Origin: the human T2T-CHM13v2.0 reference genome, Homo sapiens
Assembly (NCBI RefSeq): GCF_009914755.1
Contig: NC_060940.1
DNA: 64,000 nt
Reading direction: 5' to 3' (one strand)
The translations under genes and the position numbers were made by a program. Positions 42,946 through 57,600 of this stretch are shown here, one piece after another. The notes beneath the pieces are model-generated. The model saw only the letters and a program-made list of their open reading frames with translations. It did not search any database and was not told where the DNA came from. Within the stretch, counting starts at the first letter, position 1. Each line of letters starts with the position of its first letter.

Positions 42946-45900
42946 TATTCTATTCGATGATGATTCCATTCGATTCCATTTGATGATGATTGGATTCGAT
43001 TCCATTTGATGATTTCATTTGATTCCATTCGTTAATGATTTCGATCAACTCCATTCGATGATTCCATTTGATTCCATTCTATAATGATTACATCCGAGTC
43101 CATTCGATGATTCCATTTGAGCCCGTTCGATAATTCCATTTGAGTCCAATCAATGATTCCATTCATTTCCATTCAATGATTCCATTCGAGTCCATTTGAT
43201 CATTCTGGTAGGGTCCGTTCGATGTTGATTCCATTGGAGTGCATTCGATGATTGCATTCGAGTCCATTTTAGGATTTGATTCGAGTCCTTTCGATGATTC
43301 CATTCGATTCCACTCGATGATGATTTCATTCGAGTCCATTCGACACTTCCAATCGATTCCATTTGATGTTTCCATTCGAGTCCAATTGATGATTCCATTC
43401 AATTCCATTCGATGATGATTCCGTACGATTCCATTCTGTGATGATTCCATGTGATTGCATTCAATGATGATTCCTTTAGATTGCATTCGATTGTGATTCA
43501 TTTCGTCTTCATTCTATGGTTCCACAGGTTTCCATTCGTGTCCATTCCATTATTCCATTCTATTCCATTTGGTGATGATTCCATTCGATTCCATTCATTG
43601 GTGATTCCACTCAATTCCATTCAATGATTCCATTCCATTTCTTTCAACAATGATTCCATTAGTTTCTAATCGATGATCCACTTGATTCCATTTGACGACG
43701 ATTCCATTCTTGTCCATTCGATGATTCCATTTGATTCCATATGATGATGATTCCATTCGATTCCATACCATGATGATTCCATTCGAGTCCATTCAATGGT
43801 GATTCCATTCAATTCCATTCGATGATTCCTTTCGATTCCATTCGATGATGATGGCATTCGATTCCTTTCAATCATTCCCTTTGATTCCATTCAAAGGTGA
43901 TTTCATTCAAGTCCATTCGATAATTGCATTCGATTCCATTCTATGATGATTCCATTCGAGTCCATTTGATGATTCCATTCAATTCAAGTCAATGATGATT
44001 CCATTCGATTCCATTCGATGATTCCATTGGATTCCATTCGATGATGATTCCATTCAAATCCATTCGATAATTCAATTCAAGTCCATTCGATGATGATTAA
44101 AATCGAATCCATTCAAAGATTCCATTCAGTTCCATTCGATGATTCCCTTAGATTCCATTCGATGATTCCACTTGATTTCATTTACGATGATTCCATTCGA
44201 TTCCATGTGATGATTCCATTCAATACTATTCAATGCTGTTTCCATTTGATTCCATTCGACCATGATTGCCTTTGATTCCATTCAATGACTCCATTCGGTT
44301 CCTTTTGATGATGATTCCGTTCGATTCCATTTGATGATTCCATTTGATTCCATTGGATGAGTCCATTCGATTACATTCGATGATTATTCCATTCGAGTGC
44401 ATTAGATGATTCCATTCGAGTCCATTCGATGATTCCATTCGATTCCATTCGATGTTGATTCTGTTCAAATCCATTCGATGATTCCACTCGATTCCATTCG
44501 ATGACTCCAGTTGATCCCATTCGATGATTTCCTTTGATTCCCTTTGATGATCATTCCATTTGATTCAATTCGGTGATTTCATTTGATTCCATTCAGTGAT
44601 GTTTCCATTCGACTCCATTCGATGATGATTCCATTCGACTCCATTCGATTATGATTTCATTCAATTCCATTCGATAATGATTCCCTTCAAGTCCATTCGA
44701 TGATTCCATTCGATTCCATTCAACGATGATTTGATTCGTGTCCATTCGATGATTCCATTTGATTCCACTTGATGATGATTCCATTCGAGTCCATTTGATG
44801 ATTCCATTCAATTCCATACTCCGATGATTTCTTTTGAGCCCACTCAATGCTTCCACTCGATTCCATATGATGATGACTCCATTCGATGAAATTCGATGAT
44901 GATTCCATTCGCTTGCTTTCGATGATGATTCCACTTGAGTCTGTTAGAAGATTCTATTCAATTACATTCCATGACGATTCCGTTCGAGTCCATTTGATGA
45001 TTCCATTAGACTCCATTCGACGATGATTCCATTCGATGTTATTCGATGATTCCATTCGATCTCATTCGATGATGATTCCATTCAACTCCATTCGATGTTT
45101 CCATTCGAGTTCATTCTATTTTTCCATTAGATTCCATTCGATGATGATTCCATTCGATTCCATTTGATGATTGCATTCTATTTCATTTGATGATGATTCC
45201 ATTCGAGTCTACTCGATGATTCCATTCGAGTCCATTTAATGAATCCATTGGTTTCAATTCTATGATGATTACATTGGATTCCATTCGTTGATGATTTCAT
45301 TCGGTTCCATTCAATGATGATTCTATTCAATTCCTTTCAATGTTTCCATTCAATTCCATACGATGATGATTCCATTTGATTTGTTTCGACAGTGAGCCAT
45401 TCGATTCAATTCCATGATGATTCTATTTGATTCCATTGGTTGACATTTCCATTCGATTCCATTCGATGATGATTCCCTTTGATTCCATTCAAAGATGATT
45501 CCATTCTAGCCCATTCAATCATTCCATTCGATTCTATTCAATGATGATTCCATTCATGTCGATTTGGTGATTCCATTTGACTTCATTTGATGATGATTCC
45601 TTTCAAGTTCATTAGATGATTCCATTCGATTCCATTTGATGATGATCCCATTCGAGTCCATTCAGTGATTCCATTCGTTTCCATTCCATGATGATTCCAT
45701 TCCATTCCATGCAATGATTCCATTCGATTCCGTTTGATGATGATTTCATTCGAGTCCATTTGATGATTCCATTTGATTCCATTCGATGATGATTCCATTC
45801 GAGTCCATTCGATGATTCTATTCGAATCCATTTGATGATTTCTTTTGATTATAGTTGGTGATGATTCCATTGGAGTCCATTCAATGATTCCATTCGATTC

Positions 45901-48776
45901 CAATCGATGGTGATTCCATTAGAGTCCATTTAATGATTCCATTTGATTCCAGTCTCTGATGATTACATTCGAGTCCATACGATGATTCCACTCAATTCCA
46001 TATGATGATGATTCCATTCGATTCCATTCGATGATTCCATTCTATTCTATTCAATGGTGATTCCATTCGAGTACATTAGATGATTCCATTCGATTCCATT
46101 CAATGATGATTCTATTTGTGTCCCTTAGATGATTCCACATGATTCCATTAGATGACGATACTATTTCAGCCCATCCAATGATTCCCTTCGATTCCATTCG
46201 ATGAGGATTCCATTCGATTCAATTCATTGGTGATTCTATTCAATTCAATTCTTTGATTCCATTCCATTCCATTCGACAATGATTCCATTCGATTTCTTTC
46301 GATGATTCCACTCGATTCCACTTGACATTGATTCCCTTCGATTCCGTTCAATGATTCCATTTGATTCCAGTGGACGATGATTGCCATCGATTCCATTCGA
46401 TCACTCCATTCTATTCCATTTGATGATGATTACATTCGATTCCATTTGACGATTCCATCTGATTCTATTCGAGGATTCCATTTGATTCCATTCGATGATG
46501 ATTCCATTCGAGTCCATTCGATGATTTCATTCGAGTACATCCAATGATTCCATTCGAGTCCATTTGATGATTCCGTTTGATTCCATTTGATAATGATTCT
46601 ACTAGAGTCCATTCAATGACTCCATTCGAGTCCATTCAACAATTCCATTCGACTCCATTTGATGATTCCATTCGATTCCATTTGATGATTCCATTCGAGT
46701 CCATTTAATCATTACAGTCGAGTCCATTTGGTGATTCCACCGGATTTCTTTTGATAATGATACCATTCAGTTACATTTGATGATGATCCCATTCAATTTC
46801 ATTTGATGATGATTCCATTAGAGTCCATTCGATGATTTCATTCGAGTCCCTTCATTGATTCCATCCGATTTCATTGGATGATGACTCCATTCGAGTCCAT
46901 TCGATGATTCCACTCGATTCCATTAGATGATTCCATTGGAGTCCATTTGATTGTTCCATTCGATTCTATTCGATTCCTTTCGAAGATTATTCCATTTGAG
47001 TCCATTCGATGATGATTCCATTCCATTCCATTCGATGATTCCGTTTGATTCCATTCGATGATTCCCTTCGATTCCTTTCTTTGATGATTCCATTCCATTC
47101 CATTCAATGATTCCATTCGAATCTATTCCATGATGATTCCTTTCGATTCCATTCGCTGATGTTTCCGTTCAATTCCATTCGATGATGATTCCATTCGATT
47201 CCATTCATTGAGGATTCCATTTGATTCCATTCAATGATGATTCCATTCTATTCCATTCAATGATTGCATTCAATTCCATTCAATGATTATCCCATTAGAG
47301 TAAACTCAAAGATTCCATTCAATACCATTCGATGATGATTCCTTTTGAGTCCATTCAATGATTTCATTCAAGTCCATTTGATGATTCCTTTCAATTCCAT
47401 TCTATGATGATTCCATTCGAGTCCATTCGATGATTCCATTCGATTGCATTCGATGATTCCATTATATTCCATTCAACGATGATTCCATTCGAGTCCATTC
47501 GATGATTCCATTAGAGTACATTTAATGATTGCTTTGTTTTCAATTCGAAGATGATTACATTGGATTCCATTCTATGATACCATTCGATTCCATTCAATGA
47601 TGATTCCACTAAAATCCATTGGATGATTCCATTCGTGTCCATTCGGTGATTTCATTAGATTCCATTCGAGGATGATTCCATTTGATTCCATTCGATGATT
47701 CCATTCAATTCTATTCGATGATGATTCCATTCCAGTCCATATGATCATTCCATTTGATTTCATTCGATGATGATTCCATTCGATTCCATTCGATGATTCC
47801 ATTCTATTCCATTCGATGATGATTCCATTCGAGTCCATTCGATGATTCCATTCGAGTCCATTTAATGATTCCATTGGGTTCAATTCAATGATGATTACAT
47901 TGGATTCCGTTCTATGATTCCATTCAATTCCGTTCATTGACAATTTGATTCCATTCGATGATGATTCCATTTGAGTTCATTCGATGATTCTATTCGATTC
48001 TCTTCGATGGTGATTCAATTCTATTATATTGGATGATTCCATTCGATTCCATTTGATGTTGATTCAATTCGATTCTATTCGATGATGATTCCATTGGATT
48101 TCACTTGATGATTCTATTCGATTCCATTCAATGATGATTCACTTCTCGTCCATTGGATGATTCCATTTCATTCCATTCGATGATGATTCCATTCGATTCC
48201 ATTCGATGATTCCATTTGATTCCATGCGACGGTGAGCAATTCGATTCAATTCCATGATGATTCTATTTGATTCAATTAGATGATGTTTCCATTCGAATCC
48301 ATTCCATGATTATTCCATTGGAATCCATTCGGCGATGATTCCATATGAGTCAATTCAATGATGATTCCATATGGGTCCGTTCGATGATAATTCCATTTGA
48401 TTTCATTCGATGCTTCTATTCTATTCCAGTCGATGATGATTCCGTTGGAGTCCATACGATGATTCCATTTGATTTCATTTGATGATGATTCCATTCGATG
48501 ATGATTACATTGGATTCCATTCTATGATTCCATTCAATTCCATTCGTTGATGATTCGATTCCATTCAATGATGATTCCATTTGAGTTCATTCGATGATTC
48601 TATTCGATTCCGTTCGATGGTGATTCAATTCTATTATATTGGATGATTCCACTCGATTCCATTTGATGATTATTCCATTGGAGTCCACTTAGTGAATCCT
48701 TTAGATTCTACTCGAAGATGATTCCATTCGAGTCCATTCAATGATACCATTCAATTTCATTCGTTGATGCTTCCAT
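42665..48776 (+). repeat. One complete 6,112-bp higher-order unit, used here as the reference unit
   Basis: Landmark ORFs recur at +6112: 42665->48777, 42164->48276, 41460->47572. The unit phase is arbitrary. Confidence 0.9.
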
Positions 48777-50940
48777 TCAAGTGCATTCGATGATATCATT
48801 CGATTCCATTTGATGATAATTCCATTTGATTCCATGCGATGATTCTATTCGATTCCATTCAATGATAATTCCATTCAATTCAGTGATTCCTCTGGACTCC
48901 ATTTGATGATGATTCCATTCAATGATTCCATTCGATTCTATTCCAAAATGATTCCATTTGAATCCATTTGATGATGATTCCATTAGATTCCATTTGATGA
49001 TTCCATTCGATTGCATTTGACGATGATTCCATTCGATTCCATTTGATGATTCCATTCTATTCTATTCGATGATGATTCCATTCGATTCCATTTGATGATG
49101 ATTGGATTCGATTCCATTTGATGATTTCATTTGATTCCATTCGTTAATGATTTCGATCAACTCCATTCGATGATTCCATTTGATTCCATTCGATAATGAT
49201 TACATCCGAGTCCATTCGATGATTCCATTTGAGCCCGTTCGATAATTGCATTTGAGTCCAATAAATGATTCCATTCATTTCCATTCAATGATTCCATTCG
49301 AGTCCATTTGATCATTCCGGTAGGGTCCGTTCGATGTTGATTCCATTGGAGTGCATTCGATGATTCCATTCGAGTCCATTTTATGATTTGATTCGAGTCC
49401 TTTCGATGATTCCATTCGATTCCACTCGATGATGATTTCATTCGAGTCCATTCGACACTTCCAATCGATTCCATTTGATGTTTCCATTCGAGTCCAATTG
49501 ATGATTCCATTCAATTCCATTCGATGATGATTCCGTACGATTCCATTCTGTGATGATTCCATGTGATTGCATTCCATGATGATTCCTTTCGATTGCATTC
49601 GATTATGATTCATTTCGTGTTCATTCTATGGTTCCACAGGTTTCCATTCGATGACGTTTCCGTTCGTGTCCATTCCATTATTCCATTCTATTTCATTTGA
49701 TGATGATTCCATTCGATTCCATTCATTGGTGATTCCACTCAATTCCATTCAATGATTCCATTCCATTTCTTTCAACAATGATTCCATTAGTTTCTATTCG
49801 ATGATCCACTTGATTCCATTTGGCGATGATTCCATTCGTGTCCATTCGATGATTCCATTTGATTCCATATGATGATGATTCCATTCGATTCCATACCATG
49901 ATGATTCCATTCGAGTCCATTCAATGGTGATTCCATTCAATTCCATTCGATGATTCCTTCCGATTCCATTCGATGATGATGGCATTCGATTCCTTTCAAT
50001 CATTCCCTTTGATTCCATTCAAAGGTGATTTCATTCAAGTCCATTCGATAATTGCATTCGATTCCATTCTATGATGATTCCATTCGAGTCCATTTGATGA
50101 TTCCATTCAATTCAAGTCAATGATGATTCCATTCAATTCCACTCGATGATTCCATTGGATTCCATTCGATGATGATTCCATTCAAATCCATTCGATAATT
50201 CAATTCAAGTCCATTCGATGATGATTCCAATCGAATCCATTCAAAGATTCCATTCAATTCCATTCGATGATGATTCCCTTAGATTCCATTCGATGATTCC
50301 ACTTGATTCCATTTACGATGATTCCATTCGATTCCATGTGATGAATCCATTCAATTCTATTCAATGATGTTTCCATTTGATTCCATTGGACCATGATTGC
50401 CTTTGATTCCATTCAATGATTCCATTCGGTTCCATTTGATGATGATTCCGTTCGATTCCATTTCATTATTCCATTTAATTCCATTGGATGAGTCCATTCG
50501 ATTACATTCGATGATTATTCCATTCGAGTGCATTAGATGATTGCATTCGAGTCCATTCGATGATTCCATTCGATTCCATTCGATGTTGATTCTGTTCAAA
50601 TCCATTCGATGATTCCACTCGATTCCATTCGATGACTCCATTTGATCCCATTCGATGATTTCCTGTGATTCCCTTTGATGATCATTCTATTTGATTCAAT
50701 TCGGTGATTTCATTTCATTCCATTCAGTGATGTTTCCATTCGACTGTATTCGATGATGATTCCATTCGACTCCATTCGATTATGATTTCATTCAATTCCA
50801 TTCAATAATGATTCCCTTCGAGTCCATTCGATGATTCCATTCGATTCCATTCAACGATGATTTGATTCGTTTCCATTCGATGATTCTATTTGATTCCACT
50901 TGATGATGATTCCATTCGAGTCCATTTGATGATTCCATTC

Positions 50941-51842
50941 GAGTCTATTTATGTATTATATTCGTGTCCACTTCATGATTCCATTCAATTCCATTTAATG
51001 TTGATTCCATTTGATTCCATTTGATGATTCAGTTCGATTCCTTGCAATGATTCCCTACGATTCCTTTCTCTGATGATTCCATTCGATTCCATTCATTGAT
51101 GATTTCATTCGACTCCATTCGATGATGATTCCTTTCGATTCCATTTGACGATGTTTCCATTCGAGTCCATTCGATGATGATTCTATTCAATTCTGTTCTA
51201 TTATGATTCCATTCGATTTCATTCAATGTTTCTATTTGATTCTATTCGATGATGATTCCATCTCTTTCCCTTCGATGATTCCTTTTGATTCCATTCAGTG
51301 ATGATTCCATTTGATTCCATCTGATGATGATTTCACTTGATTCCTTTCAATGATGATTCAATTCAAGTCCATTCGATGATTCCATTGGAGTCCAAACGAT
51401 CATTCCGTTCGATTCCATTCAATGGTGATTCCATTCATGTCCATTCGATGAATCCATTCAATTCCATTCGATGATGACTCCATTCGAGTACATTCGATGA
51501 TTCCATTTGATTCCATTTGAAGATGATTCCATTCAATTCCATTCGAAGATGATTCCATTCAATTCCATTCGATGATGATTCCGTATGAATCCATTCTCTG
51601 ATTATTCCATTCGATTCCATTCATTAACGATTCCATTCAATTCCATTCAATGATGATTCTCTTCTATTCCATTCGATGATTCCGGTCGATTCCATTCGAT
51701 GATGATTCCATTAGATTCCATTCGATTGTTGCATTCGATTCCCTTCGATGATGATTCCTTTGAATTCCATTCGATTATCATTCCGTATGAATCCATTTGA
51801 TGATTATTCCATTGGATTCCTTTCGATGATGATTCCATTCGA
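50941..51842 (+). repeat. Non-canonical HSat2 block, 3'-truncated copy (~900 bp)
   Basis: Matches 20478-21379 at offset 30463 (20972->51435), then switches to canonical unit sequence. Confidence 0.82.
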
Positions 51843-53806
51843 GTCCATTCGATGATTCTATTCGAATCCATTTGATGATTTCTTTTGATTATAGTTGTTG
51901 ATGATTCCTTTGGAGTCCATTCCATGATTCCATTCGATTCCAATCGATGATGATTCCATTAGTGTCCATTTAATGATTCCATTTGATTCCAGTCTCTGAT
52001 GATTACATTCGAGTCCATACGATGATTCCACTCAATTCCATATGATGATGATTCCATTCGATTCCATTCGATGATTCCATTCTATTCTATTCAATGGTGA
52101 TTCCATTCGAGTACATTAGATGATTCCATTCGATTCCATTCAATGATGATTCTATTTGTGTCCCTTACATGGTTCCACATGATTCCATTAGATGATGATA
52201 CTATTTGAGCCCATCCAATGATTCCCTTCGATTCCATTCGATGAGGATTCCATTCGATTCAATTCATTGGTGATTCTATTCAATTCAATTCTTTGATTCC
52301 ATTCCATTCCATTCGACAATGATTCCATTCGATTTCTTTCGATGATTCCACTCGATTCCACTTGACATTGATTCCATTCGATTCCATTCAATGATTCCGT
52401 TTGATTCCAGTGGATGATGATTGCCATCGATTCCATTCGATCACTCCATTCTATTCCATTTGATGATGATTACATTCGATTCCATTTGATGATTCCATCT
52501 GATTCTATTCGAGGATTCCATTTGATTCCATTCGATGATGATTCCATTTGAGTCCATTCGATGATTTCATTCGAGTACATCCAATGATTCCATTCGAGTC
52601 CATTTGATGATTCCATTTGATTCCATTTGATTATGATTCTACTAGAGTCCATTCAATGACTCCATTCGAATCCATTCAACAATTCCATTCGAGTCCATTC
52701 GAAGATTCCATTTCATGATTCCATTCGAGTCCACTTAATCATTACAGTCGAGTCCGTTTGGTGATTCCACTGGATTTCTTTTGATAATGATACCATTCCA
52801 TTACATTTGATGATGATCCCATTCAATTTCATTTGATGATGATTCCATTAGAGTCCATTCAATGATTTCATTCGAGTCCCTTCATTGATTCCATACGATT
52901 TCATTGGATGATGACTCCATTCGAGTCCATTCGATGATTCCACTCGATTCCATTAGATGATTCCATTGGAGTCCATTTGATTGTTCCATTCGATTCCATT
53001 CAATTCCTTTCGAAGATTATTCCATTTGAGTCCATTCGACGATGATTCCATTCCATTCCATTCGATGATTCCGTTTGATTCCATTCGATGATTCCCTTTG
53101 ATTCCTTTCTATGATGATTCCATTCCATTCCATTCAATGATTCCATTCGAATCTATTCCATGATGATTCCTTTCGATTCCATTCGCTGATGTTTCCGTTC
53201 AATTCCATTCGATGATGATTCCATTCGATTCCATTCATTGAGGATTCCATTGGATTCCATTCAATGATGATTCCATTCTATTCCATTCAATGATTGCATT
53301 CAATTCCATTCAATGATTATCCCATTAGAGTAAACTCAACGATTCCATTCAATACCATTCGATGATGATTCCTTTTGAGTCCATTCAATGATTTCATTCA
53401 AGTCCATTTGATGATTCCTTTCAATTCCATTCTATGATGATTCCATTCGAGTCCATTCGATGATTCCATTCGATTGCATTCGATGATTCCCTTATATTCC
53501 ATTCAACGATGATTCCATTCGAGTCCATTCGATGATTCCATTAGAGTACATTTAATGATTGCTTTGTTTTCAATTCGAAGATGATTACATTGGATTCCAT
53601 TCTTTGATACCATTCGATTCCATTCAATGATGATTCCACTCAAATCCATTGGATGATTCCATTCGTGTCCATTCGGTGATTTCATTAGATTCTATTCGAG
53701 GATGATTCCATTCGATGATTCCATTCAATTCCATTCGATGATGATTCCATTCCAGTCCATATGATCATTCCATTTGATTTCATTCGATGATGATTCCATT
53801 CGATTC

Positions 53807-54670
53807 CATTTGATGATTGCATTCTATTTCATTTGATGATGATTCCATTCGAGTGCACTCGATGATTCCATTCGAGTCCATTTAATGAATCAATTGGTTT
53901 CAATTCTATGATGATTACATTGGATTCCATTCGTTGATGATTTCATTCGGTTCCATTCAATGATGATTCCATTCAATTCCTTTCAATGTTTCCATTCAAT
54001 TCCATACGATGATGATTCCATTTGATTTGATTCAACAGTGAGCCATTCGATTCAATTCCATGATGATCCTATTTGATTCAATTGGTGGACATTTCCATTC
54101 GATTCCATTCGATGATGATTCCCTTTGATTCCATTCAAAGATGATTCCATTCTAGCCCATTCAATCATTCCATTCGATTCTATTCAATGATGATTCCATT
54201 CATGTCGATTTGGTGATTCCATTTGACTTCATTTGATGATGATTCCTTTCAAGTTCATTAGATGATTCCATTCGATTCCATTTGATGATGATCCCATTCG
54301 AGTCCATTCAGTGATTCCACTCGTTTCCATTCCATGATGATTCCATTCCATTCCATTCAATGATTCCATTCGATTCCGTTGGATGATGATTTCATTCGAG
54401 TCCATTTGATGATTCCATTTGATTCCATTCGATGATGATTCCATTCGAGTCCATTCGATGATTCTATTCGAATCCATTTGATGATTTCTTTTGATTATAG
54501 TTGGTGATGATTCCATTGGAGTCCATTCAATGATTCCATTCGATTCCAATCGATGGTGATTCCATTAGAGTCCATTTAATGATTCCATTTGATTCCAGTC
54601 TCTGATGATTACATTCGAGTCCATACGATGATTCCACTCAATTCCATATGATGATGATTCCATTCTATTC
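53807..54670 (+). repeat. 864-bp inserted copy of another part of the 6.1-kb unit
   Basis: Sequence equivalent to 45161-46024 sits at the position equivalent to 47787, and the unit resumes at that same position at 54671. Confidence 0.8.
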
Positions 54671-57600
54671 CATTCGATGATTCCATTCTATTCTATTCGA
54701 TAATGATTCCATTCGAGTCCATTCGATGATTCCATTCGAGTCCATTTAATGATTCCATTGCGTTCAATTCAATGATGATTACATTGGATTCCGTTCTATG
54801 ATTCCATTCAATTCCGTTCATTGACAATTTGATTCCATTCGATGATGATTCCATTTGAGTTCATTCGATGATTCTATTCGATTCTCTTCGATGGTGATTC
54901 AATTCTATTATATTGGATGATTCCATTCGATTCCATTTGATGTTGATTCAATTCGATTCTATTCGATGATGATTCCATTGGATTTCACTTGATGATTCTA
55001 TTCGATTCCATTCAATGATGATTCACTTCTCGTCCATTGGATGATTCCATTTCATTCCATTCGATGATGATTCCATTCGATTCCATTCGATGATTCCATT
55101 TGATTCCATGCGACGGTGAGCAATTCGATTCAATTCCATGATGATTCTATTTGATTCAATTAGATGATGTTTCCATTCGAATCCATTCCATGATTATTCC
55201 ATTGGAATCCATTCGGCGATGATTCCATATGAGTCAATTCAATGATGATTCCATATGGGTCCGTTCGATGATAATTCCATTTGATTTCATTCGATGCTTC
55301 TATTCTATTCCAGTCGATGATGATTCCGTTGGAGTCCATACGATGATTCCATTTGATTTCATTTGATGATGATTCCATTCGATGATGATTACATTGGATT
55401 CCATTCTATGATTCCATTCAATTCCATTCGTTGATGATTCGATTCCATTCAATGATGATTCCATTTGAGTTCATTCGATGATTCTATTCGATTCCGTTCG
55501 ATGGTGATTCAATTCTATTTTATTGGATGATTCCACTCGATTCCATTTGATGATTATTCCATTGGAGTCCACTTAGTGAATCCTTTAGATTCTACTCGAC
55601 GATGATTCCATTCGAGTCCATTCGATGATACCATTCAATTCCATTCGTTGATGCTTCCATTCAAGTGCATTCGATGATATCATTCGATTCCATTTGATGA
55701 TAATTCCATTTGATTCCATGCGATGATTCTATTCGATTCCATTCAATGATAATTCCATTCAATTCAGTGATTCCTCTGGACTCCATTTGATGATGATTCC
55801 ATTCAATGATTCCATTCGATTCTATTCGAAAATGATTCCATTTGAATCCATTTGATGATGATTCCATTAGATTCCATTTGATGATTCCATTCGATTCCAT
55901 TCGACGATGATTCCATTCGATTCCATTTGATGATTCCATTCTATTCTATTCGATGATGATTCCATTCGATCCCATTCGATGATGATTGGATTCGATTCCA
56001 TTTGATGATTTCATTTGATTCCATTCGTTAATGATTTCGATCAATTCCATTCGATGATTCCATTCGATTCCATTCGATAATGATTACATCCGAGTCCATT
56101 CGATGATTCCCTTTGAGCCTGTTCGATAATTCCATTTGAGTCCAACCAATGATTCCATTCATTTCCATTCAATGATTCCATTCGAGTCCATTTGATCATT
56201 CCGGTAGGGTCCATTCGATGTTGATTCCATTGGAGTGCATTCGATGATTCCATTCGAGTCCATTTTAGGATTTGATTCGAGTCCTTTCGATGATTCCATT
56301 CGATTCCACTCGATGATGATTTCATTCGAGTCCATTCGACACTTCCAATCGATTCCATTTGATGATTCCATTCGAGTCCAATTGATGATTCCATTCAATT
56401 CCATTCGATGATGATTCCGTACGATTCCATTCTGTGATGATTCCATGTGATTGCATTCAATGATGATTCCTTTCGATTGCATTCGATTATGATTCATTTC
56501 GTGTTCATTCTATGGTTCCACAGGTTTCCATTCGTGTCCATTCCATTATTCCATTCTATTCCATTTGATGATGATTCCATTCGATTCCATTCATTGGTGA
56601 TTCCACTCAATTCCATTCAATGATTCCATTCCATTTCTTTCAACAATGATTCCATTAGTTTCTAATCGATGATCCACTTGATTCCATTTGACGACGATTC
56701 CATTCTTGTCCATTCGATGATTCCATTTGATTCCATATGATGATGATTCCATTCGATTCCATACCATGATGATTCCATTCGAGTCCATTCAATGGTGATT
56801 CCATTCAATTCCATTCGATGATTCCTTTTGATTCCATTCGATGATGATGGCATTCGATTCCTTTCAATCATTCCCTTTGATTCCATTCCAAGGTGATTTC
56901 ATTCAAGTCCATTCGATAATTGCATTCGATTCCATTCTATGATGATTCCATTCGAGTCCATTTGATGATTCCATTCAATTCAAGTCAATGATGATTCCAT
57001 TCGATTCCATTCGATGATTCCATTGGATTCCATTCGATGATGATTCCATTCAAATCCATTCGATAATTCAATTCAAGTCCATTCGATGATGATTCCAATC
57101 GAATCCATTCAAAGATTCCATTCAGTTCCATTCGATGATTCCCTTAGATTCCATTCGATGATTCCACTTGATTGCATTTACGATGATTCCATTCGATTCC
57201 ATGTGATGATTCCATTCAATTCTATTCAATGATGTCTCCATTTGATTCCATTCGACCATGATTGCCTTTGATTCCATTCAATGATTCCATTCGGTTCCGT
57301 TTGATGATGATTCCGTTCGATTCCATTTGATGATTCCATTTGATTCCATTGGATGAGTCCATTCGATTACATTCGATGATTATTCCATTCGAGTGCATTA
57401 GATGATTCCATTCGAGTCCATTCGATGATTCCATTCGATTCCATTCGATGTTGATTCTGTTCAAATCCATTCGATGATTCCACTCGATTCCATTCGTTGA
57501 CTCCATTTGATCCCATTCGATGATTTCCTTTGATTCCCTTTGATGATCATTCCATTTGATTCAATTCGGTGATTTCATTTGATTCCATTCAGTGATGTTT

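Noticed and set aside
30972-44275. Three plus-strand 61-aa ORFs (MMIKIESIQRF...)
   Set aside because: Chance loss of stop codons in duplicated satellite copies. Their recurrence simply follows the 7576- and 5542-bp duplications.
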